64,000 nt of DNA, from contig JBKJLC010000180.1 of the NCBI GenBank assembly GCA_046597055.1, positions 1-64,000 of the forward strand, written 5' to 3'. Source of the DNA: Kofleriaceae bacterium. Lineage in GTDB: Bacteria > Myxococcota_A > Polyangia > Haliangiales > Haliangiaceae. Under the pieces are notes generated by a model that did not search any database, was not told where the DNA came from, and worked only from the letters and a program-made list of their open reading frames with translations. Position 1 is the stretch's first letter; every line of letters starts with the position of its first letter. A program made the translations under genes and the position numbers. Below, one piece after another: positions 1 through 10,919 of the stretch.

Positions 1-1
1 C

Positions 2-397
2 GAGGGCCCGACGAAGACGTCGCATCACGGCTTCAAGGCCGTCGAGATCCTCGCGTCATCCCTCGTCGCGGAGGCGATGAAGCAGGCCTCCCCGGCGAGC
101 GTGTTCTCGCGCAGCACCGAAGGTCACAATCAGGACAAGGTCCCGATGGGTGCGCTCGCCGCGCGCGACCTGCGCACGATCCAGAGCCTCGCCGATCACA
201 TGCTCGCGATCTCGATGCTCGCCGCGGCGCAGGCCACGGACGCCGCGAACCGGGTGGCCGAGCTCCCTGCCCCGCTCCGCACGCTGTACACCGCGATCCG
301 CGAGACCTGCCCGGGGACCGTCGAGGATCAGCGCCACGATGTGCTGATCACGCGCTGCCTCGAGCAGTTCCACGCCGGCGCGCTACCGATCGCCTGA
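2..397 (+). CDS. Aromatic amino-acid ammonia-lyase (HAL/PAL/TAL family), C-terminal part; runs off the left edge
   Basis: The frame is open from position 2 and reads HGFKAVEILASSLVAEAMKQASPASVFSRSTEGHNQDKVPMGALAARD, matching the 'S-T-E-x-H-N-Q-D-K-V-x-M-G' C-terminal motif of MIO-dependent lyases. Confidence 0.85.
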   Translation, partial: EGPTKTSHHGFKAVEILASSLVAEAMKQASPASVFSRSTEGHNQDKVPMGALAARDLRTIQSLADHMLAISMLAAAQATDAANRVAELPAPLRTLYTAIRETCPGTVEDQRHDVLITRCLEQFHAGALPIA

Positions 398-490
398 GGG
401 CGCTCTGCCGTCTGCGTGCGCGGACGTGTGCTGTCGGTGCGTGTGTCTCCCTGCGTGTGACTCCGTGCGTCTGGCCCCGTGGGTGTGCCA

Positions 491-835
491 GAGACGTTCA
501 CCGCAGAGACGCAGAGACCGCAGAGCAGAGATCGATCGGGCGTCGCCGTTCGGGCGTGTTCCTTCGCAAGTGTGCCGCTCGAACGGGCGCTGGAGAACCG
601 ACGCCAAGAACCCAGGAAAGCCAAGCAGAGGTGATGCGATGTGATGGGATCCCAAAGACGCCCACAGCAGAGATCGATAAGGTGCTCTTGTTCTGGCGGG
701 GGCGTGTGGGCCGAGACGTTCACCAGGCGTCTTGTCCCAATTCTCGCTCTGCGGCCTCTGCGGCTCTGCGGTTAGCTTTTTCAGGCAGACGCGTGAAGAG
801 CACCCGCGTGAAGAGCACCCGCGTGAAGGGAACAC
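491..835. repeat. Repeat-rich intergenic region with REP-like CGCAGAG arrays in inverted orientation and a 15-bp tandem repeat
   Basis: ACCGCAGAGACGCAGAGACCGCAGAG (500-525) faces CTCTGCGGCCTCTGCGGCTCTGCGGT (747-772). GAGACGTTCACC occurs at 491 and 713, and AGCAGAGATCGAT at 524 and 666. CGCGTGAAGAGCACC is repeated about 3 times at 790-836. The region lies between convergent genes. Confidence 0.75.
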
Positions 836-1979
836 CTCCACGGATCCACCCGCACACGCAGCGCGAGCTTACGCCAGCAGCGCCATCAGGTCAGCCGGCA
901 GCGGCGCCTCCGCCGTCAGCCGCTTCTTGTCGGGATGTGGGAAGGTCACGCGCGCCGCGTGCAGCGCATGGCGCGGCAACACGAACAGCTCCGCGAGGTC
1001 CGCGACCAGGCCCTCGTCGCAGAACCGGATGAACGCATCATCCCCATGCGCGTACAGCTTGTCGCCGACGATCGGGAAGCCGGCGTGCGCGAGGTGCGCG
1101 CGGATCTGATGCTGGCGCCCGGTCACGAGCGTGCAGCGCACGAGCGCGTACACGCCGTGGCGTTGCTCGACGCGGACGCGCGTGATCGCCTGTAGCCCAC
1201 CCGGACCCGTGAGCATGCGGACGTGGGGCAGCCGGGTCGGATCGCCGGGCTGCGCGACGCGAAGCGGGATGTCGAGCGTGACCTCGGTGTCCCACGGCGG
1301 CTGGCCGTGAACGACAGCGAGGTACTCCTTGGTGACGGCGGTCTTCGTCGCGAACGCGCCCTTGATCGTGGCGGCTGCTTCGCGATCGCGAGCGACGACG
1401 AGGCAGCCCGAGGTCTCGCGGTCGAGGCGATGACAGATCTGGAGCTCGGGCTCGTCGGGGAAGCGCTCGCTCATCACGCGGGTCAGCGTGTTGAAGTAGA
1501 ACTTCGCCGACGCGTGAACGGGCAGGCCGGATGGCTTGTCGATCACGTAGAGCCGCGGATCGGTGAGCACGATGCCGAACGTCCGCGGGCAGGGCGGCTC
1601 CTGGCGCGCGGGACGGCGGATCACGTAGCGCTCGCCGGCGACGACGCTTGTTGCGGGCTTGAGCGAACCACCGCTGTGACCCTCGGCGCGGCGTAGCTGC
1701 GTCTCGATCACCGTCTGGATCTTGGTGCGCGACAGCCGGGGGATCTGCGTCTTGACGAAGTGATCGAGGCGCAGGCCTGCGAGCTCGGGTGGGACGATCA
1801 GGTGGCGCTCGACGATCTTCGGCGTGCCGTCGGCCTCGAGGTGCGAGGTGGTACCCCAGTCGATCGACAGGTCGGCACCGGGCGGCAGCGTGAACGCGGT
1901 GATCGCGGGCGCGCTGACCAGATCGAGATCGAGGTCCGGCTCTGGCTCGACGTCGTCGGCGACGTCGGCGTCGGCGTCG

Positions 1980-3488
<1,509 letters not shown>

Positions 3489-3580
3489 GTGGCTCGTATC
3501 CTACACCCCCCGGCGCCGCGATAAGCTGACCGGGCCGGCGACCTCCGCCCGCGGCCGCGGTACTCCGGCGCTGCCCTCCC

Positions 3581-4810
3581 GTGCCCCTCCCCGCTGACCC
3601 TCCTGACCTCGCCGTGGCCTCCGACCGCCACGGCGCCCTCGCGCTTGACGACGACCTCGCGCTCGACGGAGACGCCGGCCCGCTCGAGCTCGACGATGAC
3701 GACGATCGCGACCCGGGGATCGTTGGCGCCGCAGCCAGCCCGGCCGTCCGGTCGGCCTATGCCGATCTGGGCCCGTGGTGGCAGCCGCTGGCCGGCGTCG
3801 AGCATGGCGAGCGCTCCCACCTGCACCCCGACGGCAGCCCGCGGATCGTCGAGCGCCGCTTCACCGTGACCGAGGACTTCGCCGGCCACCGCCTCGACCA
3901 TTACCTCAAGCGCATGATCCCACGGCTGTCGCGGACCAAGCTCCAGGCGGTGATCCGCACCCAGCTGACCCGTGACAGCGGCCGACCGTTCCGGGTCTCG
4001 ACCTCGGTCGTGCTCGGCGAGCAGTGGCTGATTCGCCGGCCGGCGCGCGCCGAGCCGCCGTGCCCGCGCACCTTCGACGTCCTCCACCATGACGACGCGG
4101 TGCTGGTGGTTGGCAAGCCGCCCGGGCTGCCAGTGCACGCATCGGCGAAGTTCTACTTCAACACCCTCGCCCGGGTGGTGTCCGAACGTTTCCCCGACGG
4201 CGACTGGCAGCTCTGCCACCGCCTCGATCGCGAGACCTCCGGGGTCCTGGTGATGGCGAGCGGACGCGCCGCGTCGTCCGCGCTCAAGACGGCGTTCGCC
4301 TCGAAGACCGCGGTCGAGAAGACCTATCTCGCGATCGTGCACGGCGACCCACCATGGCCCGACGACGGCGCCGGCGACACCGCGCTCGATCACCCGCTGG
4401 CGCTGGCCGGCCCCGGCGATCCCAGCCGGCTGCCGAGCGTGCGCATGCTGGTGCGCCCGGGCGGGCTGCCTTCGATGACCCGGGTCAGCGTGGTCGAGCG
4501 CGTGCCCGGCTACGCGCTGGTGCGCTGCCGGCTCATCACCGGTCGCCAGCACCAGATCCGCGCCCACGTGGCGCACGCCGGCTATCCGATCGTCGGCGAC
4601 AAGCTGTACACCGCCGGCGAGGACGCCTTCATCGCGTTCTGCGATCGTGGCATGACCCGCGAGCTGGCGACCCGCCTCGAGCTCCCGCGTCAGGCCCTGC
4701 ACGCGTGGCGTGTGCGGGTGCCACATCCGGTCCGGGGCGGGGCGCTCGAGGTGACCAGCCCGCTGGCGTGGGACCTCGCGTCGTTCCTGGCGGCGAAGCG
4801 CGCCCGCTGA
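3581..4810 (+). CDS. RluA/RluD-family pseudouridine synthase (copy 2)
   Basis: Motifs [26 protein letters not shown] and PIVGDKLY; colinear with copy 1. Confidence 0.93.
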   Translation: MPLPADPPDLAVASDRHGALALDDDLALDGDAGPLELDDDDDRDPGIVGAAASPAVRSAYADLGPWWQPLAGVEHGERSHLHPDGSPRIVERRFTVTEDFAGHRLDHYLKRMIPRLSRTKLQAVIRTQLTRDSGRPFRVSTSVVLGEQWLIRRPARAEPPCPRTFDVLHHDDAVLVVGKPPGLPVHASAKFYFNTLARVVSERFPDGDWQLCHRLDRETSGVLVMASGRAASSALKTAFASKTAVEKTYLAIVHGDPPWPDDGAGDTALDHPLALAGPGDPSRLPSVRMLVRPGGLPSMTRVSVVERVPGYALVRCRLITGRQHQIRAHVAHAGYPIVGDKLYTAGEDAFIAFCDRGMTRELATRLELPRQALHAWRVRVPHPVRGGALEVTSPLAWDLASFLAAKRAR

Positions 4811-4862
4811 TCCGCCCGGGCCTCGAGCGCGTTCGCGCGGCGTTCGAGGCCGCGCGGTCGCG

Positions 4863-4991
4863 TCACAGACTGGCGATGGCCGCGAGCGCCGGGCCGGCAC
4901 CGGCCCACAGCGCGATCAGCATGACCATCAGCGCAACCCGGCGGGGCGTGGGGTTGGCTTCGTCGTTGTACGTGCGTGAGGATCGAAACAT
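4863..4991 (-). CDS. Small (42 aa) single-TM membrane peptide, not in the ORF track
   Basis: Translates as MFRSSRTYNDEANPTPRRVALMVMLIALWAGAGPALAAIASL*. AAGGAGG lies 5 nt before the ATG and a sigma54-like promoter lies just upstream. Confidence 0.7.
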   Translation of the reverse strand: MFRSSRTYNDEANPTPRRVALMVMLIALWAGAGPALAAIASL

Positions 4992-5022
4992 GGCCGCCTC
5001 CTTGGGGTACGCGGAGGGCTAT

Positions 5023-5038
5023 TGCGACCGGCGTGCCG
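5023..5038 (-). promoter_or_regulatory. Putative sigma54 -24/-12 promoter for the 42-aa peptide gene
   Basis: The minus strand reads CGGCACG-CCGG-TCGCA versus the consensus TGGCACG-N4-TTGCW, with correct GG/GC spacing, about 30 nt upstream of the ATG. Confidence 0.55.
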
Positions 5039-5191
5039 GCGGTTGCCAGGACGAACCCGCGGGATCTCGCGCCTCGGCGCGGCCCATCCGCGCACCTGAC
5101 TGCGCGCCCGCACGCTCGCGCGCACGCTACGCACCGCAGCACCGACCCTACCTACAGTGGACCACTCGCAGCGCCGGTCGGGACGAGTCGC

Positions 5192-5416
5192 TCACGACGC
5201 GAGCCAGCTCGGTGCCCGTCGGCTGCGCGCGCTCGCGCGGCGTTCGAGCTCGGCGGCCGCGACCCCGAGCACCGTGGCCGTCTCGATCAGGGCGTCGGGT
5301 TGGAGCCGCAAGGTCACCGAGCCGATCGTCAGGTGCACGCATCCGCACTGGCATAGATCGACCTGGAGCCCGGGGTGTCCAGCCAGGCGTTCACGGGAAC
5401 ACGAGTTGTCGTCCAT
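5192..5416 (-). CDS. Small Cys/His-motif protein (74 aa), divergent from the heme-uptake operon
   Basis: Reads MDDNSCSRERLAGHPGLQVDLCQCGCVHLTIGSVTLRL..., with coding-like codon usage and a Fur-like box directly upstream. Confidence 0.7.
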   Translation of the reverse strand: MDDNSCSRERLAGHPGLQVDLCQCGCVHLTIGSVTLRLQPDALIETATVLGVAAAELERRASARSRRAPSWLAS

Positions 5417-5425
5417 TTCAGAATT

Positions 5426-5440
5426 CAATAATCAATTTCA
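5426..5440. promoter_or_regulatory. Fur-box-like site 1
   Basis: The minus strand reads TGAAATT-G-ATTATTG, a 7-1-7 imperfect palindrome in an AT-rich island. Confidence 0.6.
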
Positions 5441-5529
5441 TACCAGAGATCAACTCGTAGCGGCTAAAGGACGGCAACAGGTTCGGAAATAATCAGCCTG
5501 TAATCGTGATGTTGGGCTTGACCTGAATT

Positions 5530-5544
5530 TGATAATAGTTTTCA
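5530..5544. promoter_or_regulatory. Fur-box-like site 2
   Basis: TGATAAT-A-GTTTTCA lies about 25 nt upstream of the TBDR start. Confidence 0.75.
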
Positions 5545-5568
5545 ATTCTCAGAACAGGCCAGGCCGAC

Positions 5569-7527
5569 ATGACCACGAACCCCAGCTTCTTCGCCTTGCT
5601 GACTGCTGCCGTCCTGGCCGCGAGCCCCGCCCGCGGGCTTGCCGAGGAGCCCGGCCCCGCCGAGCTGCTGCCCCCCGCGGCGCCGGATCGGCCCGCGCAA
5701 CCCGCCCCGAGCGCCGATCCGCCGGGCGAGATCATCGTCATCGAAGTCGCGCCAGCCGAGACCCCGGTCGCCGCGAGCCCGGTGGTGACCGAGGTGATCG
5801 ATCGCCGTCGCATGGTCGAGACGGGCGCCGCCACGGTGAGCGCGGCGCTGGCGGCGCGGCCGGGCCTGTGGCTCGAGCGGGGGCGCGGCGGCACCGGCAT
5901 CTCGATCCAGGGCCTCGGTCCTCGCTACGTGCTGATCCTGGTCGACGGCCAGCGCCAGATCGGCCGGGTCGATGGCGCGATCGACCTCGACCGGTTCGCC
6001 ACCGGCGACCTCGAGCAGATCGAGATCGTGCGGGGACCCGGGTCGGCCCGGTACGGCTCCGATGCGCTCGGCGGTGTGGTCAACATCGTGACCCGCGCGC
6101 CCGACCAGGCGCGCGCCGAGCTGGTGGTCCAGGTCGACCACCGCCGCGCCACCGATCTACGCGCCAGCGCGGCCGGCGGCCACCGCCGCGCCACCGCCGC
6201 CGCCGCCGTCGAGTGGCGGCGCGGGCCGGCGCTCGATCGCACGCCCGAGGCCGCCGGCACGACCATCGCAGGGTACGACGACGCGCGCGGCACCCTGCGC
6301 GGCCAGTACCGGCGCGGCGAGCGCTGGACGCTCGATGCCAGCGCCGACCTGCAGCGCCGCGACCTGCAGGGGGTCGAGGCCACTGCCACGGGCGCAGTCT
6401 CGGACCGCCGCAACCTCATCGAGACCGCCTCGGCAACCGGTCGAGCGCGCTGGCTCGGCGAGCGGACCGGGTTCGAGGCGCGCGCCGGGCTCGGCCACCA
6501 CCGCGATCAGTACGCGAGCGATCAGCGCGGCGGGTCCGCGCTCGACCGCTACCACGACACCCGCGATCAGCTGGTCGAGACCAGCGCGCAGGCCGAACGT
6601 TGGCTGACCGATCGTCACCGCAGCAGCGCGGGCGGCGAGGTCCTGCTCGAGGCGCTGGCCTCGGCCCGGCTGCGCGAGCCCGGCGACCGGGTGCGCGCTG
6701 CGCTGTGGCTGCAACACGAGTGGCGGGCCGGCGCCAGCCACCGGCTGTTGCTGGTCCCAGCGGTGCGCCTCGACGCCGACAGCCAGTTCGGTCGCCACGT
6801 CACGCCGCACGTGGCCGCGCGCTGGGATCCGATCGACGACGTCGTGCTGCGCGCCAGCGTCGGGATGGGCTACCGGGCACCGAGCTTCAAGGAGCTGCTG
6901 CTCCGGTTCGAGAACCCCGGCGCCGGCTATGTCGTCGAGGGCAACCCCGGGCTCCGGCCCGAGACCTCGACCTCCGTGCAGGCCGGCGGCGAGTGGCGCG
7001 CGCACGGTTCGCTGTGGCTGGCGGCGCACGTGTTCGGCAACGACCTCCACGATCTGATCGATACGATGGCGATCGAAGATGGCGCCAGCAGCGGACCGAT
7101 CCGGTTCGGCTACCGCAACACCGGCCGTGCCCGCACCGCCGGCGCCGAGCTCGGGATGACGGTCGGCCACGGCCGGCTCGCCATGGAGCTGGGCTGGGCG
7201 TACACGCGCGCCCGCGACCTCGACACCGGGCGCGCGCTCGAGGGCGTGCCGACCCAGCGCGCCGCCGCCGCGCTGCGCTGGCGCGACGACGACGAGGGCC
7301 TGACCGGCTTTGCCGAGCTCGCGGCGACCGGCGCCCGTCCCTACCAGCTCGGTGCCACCCGGGTCGCGACCGACCGCCGCCTCGACGTGCGCGCGCGGAT
7401 CGCCCGGCGCTTCGGCACCTCCCTCGAGCTCTTCATGGGCGTCGACAACCTGCTCGACGGCGGTGACGACCGCCTCGATCCGATCGCGCCACGCACCTTC
7501 CACGCCGGCGCGGCCGCGCGCCGCTGA
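5569..7527 (+). CDS. TonB-dependent outer-membrane receptor (probable heme receptor)
   Basis: Signal peptide, plug motifs (ISIQGLG..VLILVDG, IEIVRGPGSARYGSDALGGVVNIVT), GYRAPSFKEL, GNPGLRPETS and VDNLLD..PRTF; directly upstream of hmuY. Confidence 0.93.
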   Translation: MTTNPSFFALLTAAVLAASPARGLAEEPGPAELLPPAAPDRPAQPAPSADPPGEIIVIEVAPAETPVAASPVVTEVIDRRRMVETGAATVSAALAARPGLWLERGRGGTGISIQGLGPRYVLILVDGQRQIGRVDGAIDLDRFATGDLEQIEIVRGPGSARYGSDALGGVVNIVTRAPDQARAELVVQVDHRRATDLRASAAGGHRRATAAAAVEWRRGPALDRTPEAAGTTIAGYDDARGTLRGQYRRGERWTLDASADLQRRDLQGVEATATGAVSDRRNLIETASATGRARWLGERTGFEARAGLGHHRDQYASDQRGGSALDRYHDTRDQLVETSAQAERWLTDRHRSSAGGEVLLEALASARLREPGDRVRAALWLQHEWRAGASHRLLLVPAVRLDADSQFGRHVTPHVAARWDPIDDVVLRASVGMGYRAPSFKELLLRFENPGAGYVVEGNPGLRPETSTSVQAGGEWRAHGSLWLAAHVFGNDLHDLIDTMAIEDGASSGPIRFGYRNTGRARTAGAELGMTVGHGRLAMELGWAYTRARDLDTGRALEGVPTQRAAAALRWRDDDEGLTGFAELAATGARPYQLGATRVATDRRLDVRARIARRFGTSLELFMGVDNLLDGGDDRLDPIAPRTFHAGAAARR

Positions 7528-7544
7528 ACCACCAGGAGACCTCC

Positions 7545-8153
7545 ATGTTCCACCTCGACCGATCTCTCGTCCGCGGCGCGCTCGGCGCGCTGCTCGCGCT
7601 GTCCGCCTGTGCCGACGACCTGCAACCCGAGCCCGAGCTCGACGCCGGCCCGGCCGCCTCCAGCAAGGTCGCGACTGTCCGGAACCCGGACGGAACCTAC
7701 ACGACCCGGGTCGACGCCAGCGCCGCCGACGGCTGGACCCGCCTCGACCTCGACTCCGCCGCCGAGGCCACCGCAACGACCACCTGGGACCTCTCGGCCC
7801 AGCGCTTTCACCTCATGCTCAATGGCGGGGTCAGCGGCAGCGCCGGGGTCGAGGTCGCGCCGATCGCCGCGGCCCTGGCCGAGGTGACCACCCCGCCGAC
7901 CTCCGGCTGGATCTCCGATGGTCCCGACGGCGCCGACGACGGCGGCGAGCCCGACTACGCCTTCGAGCAGGGCGACGGCTGGTACGCCTACGACGGCGCG
8001 ACCCACCAGCTCACGCCGCGGCCGATGGTCTGGGTCGTGCGCTCCGACGCCGACCAGGTGATCGCGCTGGTGATCGAGCGCTACTACGATGCAGCCGGCA
8101 GCTCGGGGCACTTCACGCTGCGCTGGAAGCCGCTGGGCGGAGGTGACAGGTGA
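7545..8153 (+). CDS. hmuY: HmuY-family heme-binding lipoprotein
   Basis: Lipobox LSAC, followed by VDAS..W...DL, WDLSAQRFHLMLNGGVSG, GWYAYDGATHQL and YYDAAGSSGHFTLRW, all characteristic of HmuY. RBS AGGAG. Confidence 0.88.
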   Translation: MFHLDRSLVRGALGALLALSACADDLQPEPELDAGPAASSKVATVRNPDGTYTTRVDASAADGWTRLDLDSAAEATATTTWDLSAQRFHLMLNGGVSGSAGVEVAPIAAALAEVTTPPTSGWISDGPDGADDGGEPDYAFEQGDGWYAYDGATHQLTPRPMVWVVRSDADQVIALVIERYYDAAGSSGHFTLRWKPLGGGDR

Positions 8154-10117
8154 TCCCGGCGGGGACGACCGCGCGGCGCGGCCGCCCGCGCGCGATGGCT
8201 TGGTGGTGCCTCGGCCTCGCGCTCCTCACGCTGGCGTGCGCCGCGTCCGGCTCCGCCACCGGTCAGCTTCGGCCCGACGTGGTGGCGGCGGCCCCCCCTG
8301 CGGAGGAGGTCGGGTTCATCGTCGCGGTGCCCGATCGCGGCTTCCTCGGCAACGAGGAGTTGGCCGATGCCTTCGCCGAGCTGGCGCGCGCGCACGTCGC
8401 GGCGCTGGTGTACGTCACGGACGAGCGCACCCGCGGCGCGCTGGCGGCCGCGGTCACCGAGCTCGCCGCCCGCGGGGTCGAGCGCGTGGTGGTCCTGCCG
8501 TTGTTCCTCACCGGCGCCGAGGTCGGCTTCCAGCGGCTCGCCCGCGCGGTCGCACCCGGCGGCTGGCGGGTGCCGGTCACGCTCGGCGACCGGTTCGGCC
8601 GCAGCTACCTGGCGGTCGAGCTGCTCGCCGATCGATTCCGGACGATCACCGCGCCGGCCGGTCGACGGGTGGTCGTGGTCGGCCACGGCGCCGGCGATCC
8701 GGCGTCGGTGACCGCGATGACGACCGAGCTGCAGCGGCTGGCCGACCAGGCGGCGCAGGGCTTCGGCTTCGAGTCGGTCCGGGTCTTGGCGTGGCGCGAC
8801 CGATCGGCCGCCGCCGACGGCGATCGCCAGGCCGCCGCCACGCTGGGCGGGCTGGTCGCCGGCGGGCCCCGGCCGGTGGTCGTCCCGTTCCAGCTCGGTC
8901 CCAAGCTCGACTCGATGATGTCGTTCGCCGCGAGCCTGGCCCGCGAGCTCGGCGCGGTCGAGCGGGTCGAGGCCGACCTGACGCCGGATCCGCTGGTCGG
9001 CCTGTGGATGATCCGCGAGGCCAACCGCCACCGCCGGCTCGAGGTCGACGACGTGGGCGTGGTGTTCCTCGCGCATGGCTCGGACCATCACTGGAACCAG
9101 GGCATGCGGGCCGCGGTCGCCGGCCTGGCGGCGCGCTATCGCGTCGAGTTTGCGTTCTGCATGGCCGACGCGGCGCTGGTCGAGCGCGCGATCCGGCGCC
9201 TCGAGGCGCGCGGCGCCCGCGCGGTCGTGGTCGTGCGCGTGTTCGGCCTGGCCCGGAGCTTCCGCGCCTCGGTCGACCGGATGCTGGGCCTCGACGTCGA
9301 GGGCACCGACCCGCCCGCGCATGCCGGGCACGGTGATGGCCACGGTCACGGCCACGGGCCAGCCGGCCCGCCGCCGCCGCGGCTCCGCATCGCGGCGCGC
9401 GCGGTGAGCGTGGGCGGGCTCGAAGACAGCCCCCACTTCGCGGCCGCCCTGCTCGACCGCGCGCTGGCGATGTCGCGCGAGCCGGCCCGCGAGACGGTGA
9501 TCCTGGTCGCGCACGGCGCCGGTGACGACCCCAGCAACGATCACTGGCGACAGCGGCTCGCCTCGCTGGCCCGGACCATGCGGGCCGGCGCGGGCGCGAA
9601 GTTTCGTGCGATCGAGGTCGGGACCTGGCGCGAAGACTGGCCGGCCCAGCGCGCGCCCGAGGTGGCCGCGATCCGTGGGCTGGTCGAGGTCGCGAGCGCC
9701 GACGGCGGCCGCGCGCTGGTGATCCCGGCCCGCACCACCGGCCAGGGTCCCGAGGCCGAGCTGCTGGCCGGGCTGCGTTACCAGCTCGGCCACGGCTTCG
9801 CGCCGCATCCGCGGTTCGAGCGGTGGGTCGAGGAGCAGATCGGGCTCGGGCTCGAGGCGCTCGGCGCGGTCCAAGCGCGCCCGGCCGCCGCCGCGCCACC
9901 GGCGCCGCCAGCCCACCTCCACGACGAGCGCGACCATGGCCACCACTGCATGGGAGCCCATTCAGTCGACCAGCCGCTACCGCCTGCTCCTGCCCTCGCG
10001 CGGCGAGGAGGCCTGGCTGCCCCCGGGCGCCGCCGTGCTCGAGCTGCGCACGTCCCGCCACAGCGCGATGGGCTGGATCCTGGAGCGGTTCCGCCCGCGG
10101 CTGGTGGCCGCGGTTGA
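8150..10117 (+). CDS. Exported CbiX/SirB-like (class II) chelatase with about four chelatase half-domains and a His-rich loop
   Basis: Hydrophobic leader with LTLAC; repeated VVVLPLFL, VVVGHG, VFLAHGS and ILVAHG motifs; HAGHGDGHGHGHG insert. The C-terminal ~60 codons overlap the next ORF, so the 3' end is uncertain. Confidence 0.8.
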   Translation: MIPAGTTARRGRPRAMAWWCLGLALLTLACAASGSATGQLRPDVVAAAPPAEEVGFIVAVPDRGFLGNEELADAFAELARAHVAALVYVTDERTRGALAAAVTELAARGVERVVVLPLFLTGAEVGFQRLARAVAPGGWRVPVTLGDRFGRSYLAVELLADRFRTITAPAGRRVVVVGHGAGDPASVTAMTTELQRLADQAAQGFGFESVRVLAWRDRSAAADGDRQAAATLGGLVAGGPRPVVVPFQLGPKLDSMMSFAASLARELGAVERVEADLTPDPLVGLWMIREANRHRRLEVDDVGVVFLAHGSDHHWNQGMRAAVAGLAARYRVEFAFCMADAALVERAIRRLEARGARAVVVVRVFGLARSFRASVDRMLGLDVEGTDPPAHAGHGDGHGHGHGPAGPPPPRLRIAARAVSVGGLEDSPHFAAALLDRALAMSREPARETVILVAHGAGDDPSNDHWRQRLASLARTMRAGAGAKFRAIEVGTWREDWPAQRAPEVAAIRGLVEVASADGGRALVIPARTTGQGPEAELLAGLRYQLGHGFAPHPRFERWVEEQIGLGLEALGAVQARPAAAAPPAPPAHLHDERDHGHHCMGAHSVDQPLPPAPALARRGGLAAPGRRRARAAHVPPQRDGLDPGAVPPAAGGRG

Positions 10118-10472
10118 CCTGATGCGCACACGAGGTACCGGCCTCGCGCGGCTCGCGGCCCTCGACGCCGGAGGCTACGCGGCGGTCTTCGCCTTCGGCG
10201 CGGGCCGGCGACGCCTGCACCACGAGGTGGCCGTGCTGGCGCAGATCGCGCGCATCCTCGGCGAGGACGGCCTGCTGATCCTCGGGGACTTCGTGCCGGG
10301 TGCCGCCGATCGCACCGGGCAGATGGTCCACGGCAGCGGCGGCCCGAGGGCCTCGCTGGCCGAGGTCGGCGCCGGACTCGACGCCGGCGGCCTGGAGATC
10401 CTCGCGTGCGCGACCGACGACGCCGACCTGGGCCGCGTGATCCTCGCGCGCGCGCACCGCCGCCGCGCCTGA
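9936..10472 (+). CDS. Divergent class I SAM-methyltransferase-like protein
   Basis: The VLEL..., YAAVFAFG and LHH..VLAQIARILGEDGLLILGDF pattern is present, but the glycine-rich GxGxG motif is missing. Confidence 0.5.
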   Translation: MATTAWEPIQSTSRYRLLLPSRGEEAWLPPGAAVLELRTSRHSAMGWILERFRPRLVAAVDLMRTRGTGLARLAALDAGGYAAVFAFGAGRRRLHHEVAVLAQIARILGEDGLLILGDFVPGAADRTGQMVHGSGGPRASLAEVGAGLDAGGLEILACATDDADLGRVILARAHRRRA

Positions 10473-10488
10473 GGCCGGCCAGGAGCTC

Positions 10489-10919
10489 ATGATTGGCTTG
10501 GCGCGGTCCCGCTTCTTCGATCTGCTGGAGCCGCCTGGCGTTGCCGACGTGGTCGTGTGACCGGCGACATCCACTCGTCGTGGGCGATGGAGCTCACGCG
10601 CGATCCCACCGACGTCGCGGCCTACGATCCTGCCAGCGGACGCGGCAGCCTCGCGGTCGAGCTGGTGACCCCCGCGGTCACCTCGCCGGGCCTGCCGGCC
10701 GACCTGTCCGAGGGCATCCTGCAGCTCCTGAGCGCCAACTGCCACCTGCGCTACGCGAACGTCCACCAGCGCGGCTACCTGGTAGCTCGACATCGATCGC
10801 GCCCGCCTGCGCGCGTCCTTCCACCACTACGCAGAGGTGGAGACCGCCGAGGCGCAGACCGCGACGCGGAGCACCCAGGTCGACGAGATGGCTGGCACGG
10901 CGCGGCTGCCGGTGCGGAT
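10489..10919 (+). pseudogene. phoD: Alkaline phosphatase D (PhoD) C-terminal remnant with two frameshifts
   Basis: RFFDLL..GVADVVV / TGDIHSSWAMEL..AVELVTPAVTSPG..HLRYANVHQRGYLV / LDIDRARLRASFHHY, with frame breaks at about 10557 and 10785. The N-terminal majority of PhoD is absent. Confidence 0.8.

Noticed and set aside
491..836. Possible CRISPR array
   Set aside because: The repeats are short, tandem or inverted, and lack regular unique spacers. No cas genes are present.
328..1109. ORFs 328-723, 383-841, 457-1032 and 732-1109
   Set aside because: They translate the repeat tract or the antisense strand of RluA and show no protein-like composition.
10558..10560. TGA in the PhoD remnant as selenocysteine
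   Set aside because: Homology continues in a different frame (VVV-L-TGDIH), so this is a 1-nt deletion rather than read-through.
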